Assembly (NCBI RefSeq): GCF_009914755.1
Contig: NC_060927.1
DNA from: the human T2T-CHM13v2.0 reference genome, Homo sapiens
Direction: 5' to 3' (one strand)
Length of the DNA: 64,000 bases
Every line of letters begins with the position of its first letter. Within the stretch, counting starts at the first letter, position 1. Position numbers and translations under genes: made by a program. Below are positions 1 through 17,607 of the stretch, piece after piece. The notes beneath the pieces were generated by a model. That model did not search any database and was not told the DNA's origin. It worked only from the letters and a program-made list of their open reading frames with translations.

Positions 1-559
1 TACAACCTATATGGCTTCAGCTTTGTACTAGGTGCTAAATACATGGGATCCATGCAGACATGGCCTTTGCCCTTTTGGAGACTTGTTTCAGCCATAGTCC
101 CATATAGGGGTGTCAGTTCCAGAAGTCCAAACTTAAGAGACTGAAGACCAAAGAGAGGATCAGAGTGCCAGTTTCCTTTATATACACCTGACTTTACCCA
201 GGGCGATGGACAGCTAGAATAACCTCTTCTTTCAGGGGAGAGATGTCCCTACCATTTGCACATTACCTTGCACCATCAACTTGATTATTATTTAATATCA
301 TAGCTCCAATATGTCATCATGTGGGCAAGAGATACACCACAGTAAGCGAATTCACAAGAGGGTGATTTATAAGTCATGTTATTATTTATAGTGAGAATTG
401 CATAAGTTCAAGAAGAGACCAGAAAAGTCACCTACCAGGTCATTCAGACGTGAAGGTCACTCCCTATCAACCTCAATTGAAATGCAAATCAAAATAGAAA
501 TGTCCAACTCTCTTAGGAGGCAACAGGCATCCTGAGACCCTGGGTCCTGTCTTTCATCT

Positions 560-1250
560 CTGCACCCTTCCGGTCTGAAACAGCGGCCAGTTCTTGTTCG
601 ATGTAAGGAACACTAGTACCCAAGGGCTCAGGAGTTCCGCCTCTCTTCCCCAGTTCTGGGAAAAGAAACGAACCATAGAGATGTGGCTTCCTAGAGATCC
701 GGGATGAGGGGCGGGGTGCAACCGGAAGTCGCAGTATTCTCGGCTCGGCCATTATTCTGTGCCTCGGCTGCCGGAAGGGCTCGTTCCTGTGTCATCTCCT
801 AGCGGCCTGGCGCCGAGGCGGCGGTACGCAAGGCTGGAGCCGCAGCGGGAGCCCCCGGTGAGCGGGGTGGGCTCGGGGGCGGGTGGGCGTGCAGGGAAGG
901 CGGCCCGGGACGCGGGCCTGAGCTTGCTGGGACTGCACAGCCCTCGGTAGCCTCTCCCGGGCCCTGACCCCCGGCATGGTCCGTCGCCAGCTTCGTGTTG
1001 GGGTTCGACGTCGTGGCCTCGGCTGGGCAGGCAGCCGGCCCGAGGGAAGTACTGAGGACAGCAGCTCCGAGTCTGTGTGTGTTTGTGGACCGGTGCTCCT
1101 GTCTAACGGACTCTGCTGGCGCTTTGAGAAGAGCTGCCTCAGTAGCCTGCTCCCCCAGCTCAGGCCTTTCTGCTCTTCCTCAGTCTTGTCTGAGGCTAAT
1201 CCACAGAAACATTCTGAGGTTTCCCTATTACCGGTGGCGCCCAGACTCTT
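560..1250 (+). promoter_or_regulatory. ZNF197: CpG-island promoter and non-coding exon 1 of ZNF197 (exon ends 857)
   Basis: CpG-dense; GC box GGGGCGGGG near 708-716; ETS site ACCGGAAGT 721-729; donor CCG|gtgagc with GT at 858-859. Confidence 0.85.
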
Positions 1251-1450
1251 GAGGACGGATTTTTTTGTTTGTTTGTTTTAAGGGGTGGAACGATTTTAGC
1301 TTTTTTAGTCTTTTAGTTTTGTAATATAATGGTATTTAAAAATCAAACTTGAAAAACTCAAACTTGAAACCACCCATACCAACATTACTTCAGGCAATAC
1401 ATTTTAACACAAAGTACTAAGACCGTAAACTCAGAATAAATGCTGGCCTT

Positions 1451-1456
1451 TGCGCG

Positions 1457-1495
<39 letters not shown>
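1451..1495. repeat. (GC)n(AC)n compound microsatellite
   Basis: 45 nt of alternating purine/pyrimidine. Confidence 0.97.
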
Positions 1496-1497
<2 letters not shown>

Positions 1498-2129
1498 ATT
1501 GGCAACCTGTCAGCGACGATTGTTACTGGTTTTCTCTTTTTGCAGCTTACCAGATTAAAGCTTTGTCGTGGACTGGTGTTTGGAAACTGTTGTTTTAGAA
1601 CAGTTTGGGTTGTTTGGGTTTCATAAGTTTCTTCGTAGATGGAATTGTTTTGGACTTCTGGAATTAGAATACCTGAATTCAGAATTTGCTCCCATGTCTC
1701 AGTTAACTAAGTGGCCTTGAGTGGATTCGCTCCTCTGATCCTTTTGTTTTTTTTAACTTCTGCTTTGAAAACCTTTTGTGAGAAGCTAATAAAATGTATG
1801 TTTAAGAATTTGTTATTTTTATGTTATTTGAAAATTATTCAAAATTCTTTTTAAAAATTCCTTTCCATCACCCCCAGATCAGTTACCAAGGACTACCAAG
1901 TTTTTCTCAATTGCCTTATCCCTACTTCGTTTAGAACTTAAGTCATGTGTTTAGACTATTAGAAAAACCTAACTGACCTTTCTTGATATCCAGCCCTCCC
2001 ACCCCCACCATTTCTCACTAATAGAGTCCTGACACCACTTAAGACTCTCTTCATGCTCAGAGTGAAAAAGGTCTTTCTAATTGTGGTACAGTACCCAGAA
2101 GTCGTAAAAGATTGACTGCATGGCAAAAA

Positions 2130-2950
2130 ACACTTTAAGCAAAGTCACATGGCATATATAGTCACAAAGACACTTGACAAACTGAGAAAAATTTGCAGCT
2201 GCCATTGTAAACAAAGGACTAATTTTCCTGTGATAAAAGTGTGTACAAATTATCAAGACCCAACACCTCAATAGAAACATGGGCAAAATATATGAATAGT
2301 TACTTTAAAAAATATACAAATGACTCTATATTAATTCGTTCAAAATGCAAGTCAAAAATTTGGCGAAGAGCACAAACTTTGAGAAACATATTGGTGAAAG
2401 TGAGGAAAGGCACTCCCATACAGCTGTTTCTGATGGGAGTATAAATTATAAATTGGTTCAATCCTAGTGAGGTCAAATTGGCAATATCAAAATTATACAT
2501 GTATATACCTTTTAACTCAGCAATTCTGTTTCAAGGAATTTTTCTTATATATGCCTACACACATCCAAACTGATGTATGCCCAAGATTATTCATGATTAT
2601 ATTGTTGGTAATAAGAAATGATTGAAAACTACCCAAACATTCCATCAGTGCTGGCATGAATAAATTATGATACATCTATGCATCCATAAAAATGCGGAGA
2701 GGGGCTGTGTATTGACAGGAAAGATCTCTAAGACATATTATTGAGAAGAGGAAAATGTACCACGTCATTCATGGTGTCCTACCATTTGTGAAAAAAAGGG
2801 AACTAGAAAACAATATATGTACACACATATGCAGAAATAACTGGAAAGATAGATAAGAAGCTAACGGAGAAGGAAACTTTACACAGTATACATTTTATAA
2901 TTTTAAATTTTGAACCAAGTGAATATATTACTATTTTTAAAAATAAGGAA
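2130..2950 (+). mobile_element. Old L1 (L1ME-like) relic
   Basis: A-rich; CCTTTTAACTCAGCAATTC, AATAAATTATGATACATCTATGC-type motifs. Confidence 0.65.
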
Positions 2951-3258
2951 AAATGTAAAGTAAAGCCTCTTTAATGCTGAAATGTAAGTAAAATCACTTC
3001 ACTTACAGGACAGGATCATCTCCTCAGAATACTGCCTCTCAAGAGCAGTAGTTAGAATTTAACTTCTGTTCACCTCTCTGCTCTACTCCTACACTCTTGC
3101 CTCTGAAGTTTACTTTCCTTCTCTGGTCTTCCTTCACAGAGTTATGTGTCCTTCCTTGCTTTTGAAAATAGAGTTTCTTTCTTCCTGGAATGGCTTTCCT
3201 CATAGTCCAATGATCCTTTTATTTTTCCTTAAAAGCCCAATCCAAAAGTACCTTTCAT

Positions 3259-3556
3259 GGCTGGGTATGGTGGCTCATGCCTGTAATCTCAGCACTTTGG
3301 GAGTCCAAGGCAGGCAGATCACGAGGTCAAGAGATTGAGACCATCCTGGCCAACATTGCGAAACCCCGTCTCTACCAAAAATACAAAAATTACCTGGGCA
3401 TGGTGGTGCGAGCCTGTAGTACCAGCTGCCTGGAAAGCTGAGACAGGAAAATTGCTTGAACCTGTCAAGCAGAGGTTGCGCTGAGCCGAGATCATGCCAC
3501 TGCACTCCAGCCTGGGTGACAGAGCGAGACTCCATCTCAAAAAAAAAAAAAAAAAG
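3259..3556 (+). mobile_element. Alu (S-type)
   Basis: Full dimer with A tail. Confidence 0.95.
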
Positions 3557-4862
3557 AAATTTCCTTTCATGAATCCTTTCTGTAGTTTTATGTTCTCCTA
3601 TTACTTGTACTTAAACATTATATTGAAATTATGTTTATATTTCTGGCTCCCCTGTTTGTTATAAGCAAGCTCTCTTTAAGGGTCTGTGTGTTCAAATAAA
3701 GAGGATGTTTTCATATGTCACTGATGGTGATATAACTGTTATAACCTTAAAAGCTTAAAAATGTTTTTATCCTTCAGCCCAACAATTTTCTCCTAGGAGT
3801 TTATCCTGAAGAAATAAGCAGAGATGTAACTAAAAATTTGTTATCAAGGATAGCCGTTGTGACCTTATTAATAATAGGGGAAAGTTAGAATTTATCTATG
3901 ATAATTAAACTATGGTAAGGACATAGTTCAGAATAATAGCAGTGATTGTTTTCTGGTTTTGTGTGTTTTCTGGTTTTATAATTAGAAAAATGTTATTTCT
4001 AAAGAGCAGATGATTTCTAGAGAGCAAGTCTAAGTTCTGTATAATAAAACTCTATTCATATTTATCCATCTGTGGGACTAGATGTGAAAGGAAAAGAAGA
4101 AAAGGCAAATTTATCCAAATATTTTGATTAACAGAAAGAACAATTTTCAGAGAATTAAAGGCATGTAGAGCAAAACTACACAGAACTTAATTCATCCTTT
4201 CTTTGTTAATTGAGGAGGTGGTTAGGATTTTCTCTCATATGTATCATGATTAATGATTACTTGTTAACTCTGCGGAACATAGGAAAGAGTACTAGTTACA
4301 GAAGGGTAATAAGTAACATTTAAACCCGTATACCAGGCACTGTTCAAAAACTTGAAATGTATTATACATCAAATTCTCATGACAACCCCATAAGGTAGGA
4401 ACTGTTACTATCCCTATTTTACAGGTTAAGAAACTAAGGCTCAGAAGTGAGGTACTTGTTCCAGGTTACACAGGAGTAGTCAGGATGCTCATTGTTAGAG
4501 TGGTAAAGAGTCTATTGTAATTAGCTGAAGGGATCCTATGAACAAAGACCAAAGGAAGTTCATGTGTTTGGTTTCAGCAGTCTCGTGCGTAACATGAGTG
4601 TTTGTATCCCAGAGCCTTAGGCAGGGGGTTTCTGTCAGAGGAAGCACTCTCTAGAGCCTGGAACCTTGCACTCACAAAGGTTCTCTTTATTACTGGGAGC
4701 TGACTGGGAGCTGACTGGGGCCTGGAAAGCTCAGTTGTTTCTCTGGGCTAACTTTAACAATGATTTCTTGAGGTCTTGTAGATGATACTCTCCAAGCTGT
4801 AAGGAAGAAGTCAAGGATTAAGGAGACCTGGACTGGAGAGGAGCCTTTTTCAAAAAACAACA

Positions 4863-5252
4863 ATGACAAGAGAAAATGTAGCCCACAATGCTCTGAGACA
4901 AGAGGGCCTTGTGAAGGGGAAGGATGATACCTGGAAATGGGGAACCAGCTTCCAAGGAAGTAGCTCCTCTGTTTGGGAGACCTCCCACCTACACTTTAGA
5001 CAATTACGTTACCATGAGACATCTGGACCCCAGGAAGCCCTGAGCCGGCTCAGGGAACTCTGTCGCCGGTGGCTGAGACCAGAAGCACGCACCAAGGCAC
5101 AGATCCTGGAGCTGCTGGTGCTGGAGCAGTTTCTGAGCATCCTGCCTGGGGAGATTCGGACCTGGGTACAGCTCCATCACCCTGGAAGTGGCGAGGAGGC
5201 TGTGGCCCTGGTAGAGGAGCTGCAGAAAGACCTTGATGGACCAGCAATACAA
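4863..5252 (+). CDS. ZNF197: ZNF197 coding exon 1 (SCAN domain); exon starts at 4782
   Basis: [30 protein letters not shown]...[16 protein letters not shown]...[10 protein letters not shown] is a SCAN box; 390 nt, donor CAA|gtgaga, phase 0. Confidence 0.97.
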
Positions 5253-5648
5253 GTGAGAAAGACAGGGAGGGGCGGTGGGTGTTGGGATGAAAGGAAGGAA
5301 AGAATTGAGGCTAGGCTAGAGGGTGATCCTGTGATTTTCATTAAAAATTAATAGCATTAATAGCACACTAGCAACCTTAATGATAATTAAAGCAGGTCCA
5401 TGAGTATTCAGACCATAGAATATGTCTGTAGAGAAACGGATTTACGTTGAGGTCTTCGGGTCCAACTGAGAAGCAGCATAAAAACATTGACTGTTTTGTC
5501 CCTTGGGTAATGCTTGCTAATGCTGAGTTTGGACCAAGAACCTGAAGAAGAAATGTTAATAAGTTTTTCCCTAAACAGAAGCCTATGTATTGTTTCTATA
5601 ATTCTGTTTGGAATGGTGATGTAAGCCTAGAGTATAAAAGGCAATAGC

Positions 5649-5943
5649 AGGCCAGGCACAGTGGCTCATGCCACAGCATTTTGGGAGGCTGAGGTGGGAG
5701 GATCATTTGAGGCCAGGAGTTCAAGACCAGCCTGGACAACATGGGAAGACCCCATCTCTACAAAAAATTTAAAAATTAGCCAGATGTAGTGGCGAGTGCC
5801 TATAGTCCCAGCTACTTAGAAGGCTGAGGTGGGAGGATCACTTGAACCCAGGAGGTTGAGGCAGCAGTGAGCTATGATTACACCATTGCACTCCAGCCTG
5901 GGTGATGGAGTGAGATCCTGTCTTTAAATAAATAAATAAATAA
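5649..5943 (+). mobile_element. AluJ-like with (TAAA)n tail
   Basis: GAGGATCACTTGAACCCAGGAGGTTGAGGC. Confidence 0.92.
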
Positions 5944-6769
5944 AATGGCAGTAGCATAACAAGAATGAAGCTTTCCACATCTTGGTAAGATCTCCTCTTG
6001 TGTGCCCTACTAGGGATCTGCAAGCCAAGGGATTGGGTTAAGATATTTGCTTCTGATAAGATTTATATCCTTGACCATTAGATTGGGATCTTAATGTAGC
6101 CTCTCATGTGTGTGAGATTTCTTTTTGTACATCTGTAGCTCACTAGAAACATTTCTGTATAAGACGTCTGAATCATAACTCAAACTTGGGTGTGGCATTA
6201 AGGATGGGCTTGTTTCTTTTAATAATAACGTGAACAATTTTAGAGCTATATATTTCGTTACAAATTACTAATACATCCTCATTTGAGAGATAAGGAAACT
6301 GAGGCAGATGTCTAGCTGGCCGCAAAACCAAGTGTCTTGGTGCCAATTTTAGTGTTAGTTGTATTTGAGCACAAAGGGCTAGGTAAAGGGGTCAATAAGT
6401 AGATGGTAAATAAGTAGAAGAGATGTGACTGAAGTCCGATCTAAAACTTAAGTCTGAAGCTAAAATCCATGCTCTTAATTACTGCTTATTACTTCCCATT
6501 CCCTCCTTAACCCACACCCAGGTCTGGCTTCTGTTCCCACCGTTGTGTACAGTCTCCTCTGGGAGAGGTCACCAGTGCCATGAGTGGGGCTCGAGGGCAG
6601 CTCCATTGTTCTCAATGCAAAGCTTTACTGCTGTTTTGATGCTCCATACTTGAGGTGGGTCTCTCTGATCTCACAGTTGTAGATTGTGGGCAGAAAGAGG
6701 TCCACAGTGCTTAGGTGAGTCCATTTTCTTAAGAAACAAGAAGAGCTAGCTTATTTTACTTGTTTCCAG

Positions 6770-6929
6770 GTTCCAGTCCTTGTCAAGGATCAGGACACTC
6801 TCCAGAAGGTGGTGAGTGCCCCAGGAACAACACTTCCTCCTGTACTTCCTGGCAGCCACATAGCAGCTGAAATTTGCCCGCATCCTCCTACTGACCTAGT
6901 GGCATTCAACCTCCAGGATCCTCAGCATG
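6770..6929 (+). CDS. ZNF197: ZNF197 coding exon 2 (linker, [13 protein letters not shown]...DPQH)
   Basis: ttccag| acceptor, G|gtattt donor, 160 nt, keeps frame. Confidence 0.92.
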
Positions 6930-7114
6930 GTATTTACTCAGTGCTCTGGGTTTTGGGCTGTTCAAGGACCCTTCCTGTGGCTCATCCCCCTACTTCCAGG
7001 GAGTTGCTTCCTCTGCTACCCTGTCTAGGAGTCTCTTACAGTGCCAATTTCTTTCTGCTGTTCTGTTGTTCTCTCCTTCTTTCTTGGGCCCCTCTGAGCT
7101 TGTATACATCCCCC

Positions 7115-7706
<592 letters not shown>

Positions 7707-7812
7707 CCTTGTATCATTCTTACTGCTACTCTTTGTGTTATTCCAGCTCTGCAAGTGGGGTCACTCAGAAAAGGTTTGTAGGTCCCATATGCAGCTTTTT
7801 CTCCCTCCTCAG

Positions 7813-7904
7813 ATTCTCCTGCCCCTGAAGCTTCTGCCCTTTCCCAGGAAGAGAACCCAAGAAATCAATTAATGGCACTTATGCTCCTAACAGCCCAGCC
7901 CCAG
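7813..7904 (+). CDS. ZNF197: ZNF197 coding exon 3 ([31 protein letters not shown])
   Basis: ctcctcag| acceptor, CAG|gtaagg donor, 92 nt, returns to phase 0. Confidence 0.92.
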
Positions 7905-8156
7905 GTAAGGTTTGCATCCTCTTTCCTTCCCATCTGCACAGCGTAACTGTGGCTGAAGTGCCCTCTCTCATCCTTGTGCTTCAATGTCCAGTCAGTTCCC
8001 ATTTCTAAATCAGGGTCTATGCTATTGGAAGACAGACTTTACATGTGATCTCCTTATGTCTCCCTGATGTCTGTTATGCACTCATGGCCTCACAGTGTAT
8101 CCCTTCCCCAGAAGTGAAGGGAACCTTTCGACAGGCAAGTTCCTGGGCATTGGTAA

Positions 8157-8453
<297 letters not shown>

Positions 8454-10050
8454 TAACTATTATCATTTTGATATATTACCTTTCTGTTTTTTCTATATGT
8501 TTGAGGGATTTTTTACATTGTTCCAAAGTGTGTGTGTGTGTGTGTCTGTGCACAGTTTTATAGCTTGCTTTCCTTGTGTGTGTTCTCACATGTTACAAAC
8601 TCTTTGCAGTTATTATCTATATTGGCTATATGATTTGTACCATAATTCAGTCAGCCATTCCTTATTTTAGATAACTGCTATAATAATCATCTGTCTCTGT
8701 GCCTAAGGCCTTCTAAAATGTTTTATTATTTTTAGAGGTACAATTACTGGGCATAAGTGTTTGAATGGCTTTGAGGCTCTTGCTTCATATTGCCAAATTA
8801 CTTTCTGTAGCGATCCCTGTCCTCTCTGTTCTTAGAAGTGGTGTATAAGAACACTCCTTTTGCTCTGCCTTCATTTGTACTGAGTAATCCCACAATTCTA
8901 AATTGTTGCTAATATATTTTTAAAGTTATATATATTCTAAAATAGATTTCTTTGATAAATAATAAAAGAATATTTCAAAACAATTTTTAGCCATTTTTGC
9001 TACCAGCAGACATTAAATACCTATCATGGTACAGCTGTGAAAATGATGTGATTCGGCCCTTAAATAGCTTACAATGGTTTAGGAGATGATTACAGAGATA
9101 TTAAATATACAAGGCAGAGTAAAATAATTGGTACAAGAGTGGCATAAACCTGGTGTGACAGAAATGCAGAAAACGGGGCAATCAGTTTCATTCCTAGGGA
9201 TTAGCAAAGGCTATAAAGGAGGTAGCATTTATACTGGAACTTGAAGAAAAGAGTAGAATTCTCTTTGGAGAAATCAACGTTCAGAACTGGGTAATCAGCC
9301 ACAGGAACTAACTTTGACTGAAATACAGATTTACAGTATCAGTTTAAATGGCTGCAGAGTATTGCATGGTCTGTGTATCATGCTTTACATTGACAGCTTT
9401 ATGATTCTGAATGTTTCTATTCAAGAACATTACATAACATTCCATTTTTTCTGTACTGCTTTTGTATGCATCGGGCATGTTTTAAAATTGCCTAGATCTT
9501 CCATATTTCTGGTAATATTTATTCTTTGGAATTGGAGTCTTTTCTGTATTTTCTAATTGACTGTCATTTGCATATATGAAAGTACTTTTTGTTTGTGTTA
9601 ATTTTGTACCTAGCAACTTTATTTTATTATCTTTAATAATTTAAACTGTACATTTTCACACTTTTGAGACTGTATCCTTTAGTATCTCAGTAGTGGCAGT
9701 GGTGGGTGAAACAGTCTGTAGATTTTATACTTTGATACATATTACCAAATTATTTTCTACCAATGATACTTGAATTAAACTCCCACAGAAAGAACACACA
9801 GGAGAGCCAATTTTCCCTGGATATGCTCATGATTTGGTCAGTCTTTTAATTAAATCTTTGCTAGGTAGATGAAGAATACCATCTTTTGTTTGTTTTTCAT
9901 GTTTTCATTATTAGTGTGATTGAAATCTCTTCATATGTTTATTGGTCATTTTACTCCTATTCATATACTTCCTATATATAGAACTACTGCTAATGCTTTG
10001 TCAGTTGTTGCATATGTTTTTCCCATTTGTTTGCCTTTCAATATTATTAA

Positions 10051-10497
<447 letters not shown>

Positions 10498-11594
10498 TAA
10501 TCCATCTTGATATTTATCAATATATCTTGATACATAGAATGACATAGACATCTTGTGGAGGGGTGTTATTGCTTTTTGAGATGGCAGCCTCACTATGCTG
10601 CCCAGGCTGGCCTCAAACTCCTGGCCTCAAGCAAACCTCCCACCCCAGCCTCCCAAGTAGCTGAGACTCTAGGCATGCACCACCCTCCAAGCTTGTTTTT
10701 TAATCCAAGTAGCTTTCAGTAGTTCCAAAGCTATTTACTCAATAATCAATCTTTCCTAAAAATTTTAAAATAGACTATATGGATTAATTGGCTAATTTTA
10801 TGAAGAACACTCACCATGGACCCATACCTCATGCTGTATACTAAAATAAATTCCAGATAGGTCTAAGAGTTAAACTAAAAAAAAAAAAAAACCAATAAAA
10901 TAATGTAATTGCTTGATTATTCTGGCTCTTTGAAGAAAAAGAAACTTGAACCTACTTTAATAAATTAAAAAAAAAATGTGCACTCCGATGTTGTTGGGGC
11001 TTCGGGCAAGCAGATGCCCAATGTTTATTCCCATTGACTTAGTAACTCTGATTTGAGATACATTAAAGAAATGGTTCAGAAAGAGGAAATAAAAGTTATA
11101 TGTCTAAAAATAGTCCCAGGTAACTATGATGGTTAAAAGTTGGGCAAAACAAATTCCCTAAGGGTAAAGTACTAAGCAGAACATGGTGTTTTGACCTAAT
11201 AGTATATTATGACACTATCAAATATTATGACAACTCTGTGTACTCAATTTTCATGCATCGATAAACTGTGGTAGAAAAGTAGACTCCCAGATAACTTGTA
11301 CATACTACTTCAGTATGTAAAATATTTGTATATGTTTATTTAGGAGATTGGACTAAAACTTGAAGGAAAGTATTAAGAAATATTGAGTACCTCCCCTGTC
11401 AGGCTTAGCCCCTGCCTTAAAGTACATTCAGATTGGAGAGATAGACATTTCCACTTATAATTACAATACAATTTGGCACATTCTGTATAATAAAAGGGTG
11501 CATAAGTTTGTGTGAGCCCATAGGATCCTGGGAATGATGGAAGGATTGGGACAGTGGGAGGAGGAGATGGATGGTTCCCAGTTCCTCCACCAGG

Positions 11595-15385
<3,791 letters not shown>

Positions 15386-15936
15386 CAGAGAGTGACTTTA
15401 GAACTTAGTTTTAAAGGGTGTAGGTACGGGCTTAGGTAGTGAGTTGGAAAGAAGAAGAGCAATTCAGGAAGAGGAAAGGACACGGACAGTGATAGGCAAG
15501 AAATGACATGTTTGGGCAGCTGCATGTAGTTCAGTGTGGCTAGAGTCTAGGGGCATAAGAGATACTGATGATAGTTGATACCAGAAAAACAGGCAGTGGG
15601 TGAAGATACCCCTTTGACTCCACTGGTTATTTCTGCTTTGTCCTGTAGGCAATGAAGAGTTAGGTGTTTTGTGCAGGTAAGTGACAGGATCAAATTTACC
15701 TATCGGAAAGATCATTGACAGAAGATAGGCATGGATTAGGGCAGATGAAAGGCGGGGGGTGTCAGTGGTAGGAAAGCCTGTGTCTCTTTCTTGCAGGCTT
15801 CATTCACCAAAGGTTATGGAAAGTAACCAGCTCCCTCTGTCATTCTGACATTTTTCTACAAAGTCTTAAAAAGCTCAAGAGGCCCATATATAGTCTGATT
15901 CCTAAGCTAAAAATATTAAATAGTTTAACCAGCTAA

Positions 15937-16385
<449 letters not shown>

Positions 16386-17607
16386 TCTCCTTATGTTTGA
16401 AACCTCACTGTGAATAAGGAAACTGAAGTACCAGCATTAGATAGGCTTAAGACACATACCCATCCCTGCAGCCAGGTGGTTGGGTAGTGTGACTGGCAGT
16501 CCTGCCTGAGTCCTAGAGAGAAGGGCAGTTGAGATGAGATATGAGGGCCTGACCTAAGAATGTCTGTAGTTCAAGTTAATATTTGTTGGATATTTGCCAT
16601 CCTCATCCTTTCATAAACTTAAAGAAATGTATAATGAAATAAAATGGCTGCACTCTTGTCTTCTCTCTCTGTTTAGATAGAAGAAAAGTATTGTTATATT
16701 CAAAGAGAAGATGATGTTACTGCTATTCACATAACTTTACTTATTAGACAGTTTGGGGGAACTGGCTCATAATTTCTCTCACACTTGGGTAGTTTGAAAG
16801 TAAACTTCCAAAACATTTTCATACTGTTCATACTTTAAAATATTTGAGAATATTGGAGTAGATAGGAACCTTGGATATTAGTTTAGCCTCATCATTTTAC
16901 AGATGTTTTCATACTTTTATTCTATTTTCCCTTTTCTTTTCTGTATTTCTTCTCTTACCTTTTATGTGTAATTAAGGGAGTTCATAACAGACCTGACTAT
17001 TTAAAATGAATTTTAAAATTTCCATTTCTTAATTTTAAACGGAGTAGGAGTTATATGAATTCTAAGAATTAAGTTGCTTTTCAATGGATTTCTTTTCTGT
17101 TGGTTAATTGCTTTCAACCAGTTAAAAAGTATTCATGCCTTTGACTTTTCAAAAATTAAAAATTGCCTTTCAGAGTCCTTACATATATTTTCCTTCCCTT
17201 AAAGTTTCCATCCTTCTAACATGAAGAAAATAATAAAGAAAGTTACTTCTAATCCAATGGTTCTTGCTCTTCTATCCAAGTTCCTTAGATGTGAACCACC
17301 TCCATAAGATCCTGTGTTTTCTCTCTGGTTTTCCTTGCTTCTGTTTTCTCAGCATTATTTGTATTTTTCTATCTGCTTCCTGAAGACAAAGCACTTAAAA
17401 ATGTCTCAACCTGAGTTGTATGTTAATCCATTTACAACATCTTGTCAGTGTAGCATTATTCTTTGTACCTTCCTTTAATGAAAAGTTTCTCCTTTTTGTA
17501 TGCATATTAAAGTGTGCCTTCCTAGAATGTTTTAAAGTCATTTGAAGATCCTGTTCTTCCAAACACAGGGACGTGGTAACATTTGCATTTTTAATTCCTT
17601 TTACCAG

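Noticed and set aside
190-600. Possible divergent antisense transcript from the ZNF197 promoter (reverse ETS site near 567, - strand donor near 196)
   Set aside because: Plausible, but exon structure cannot be supported from sequence alone
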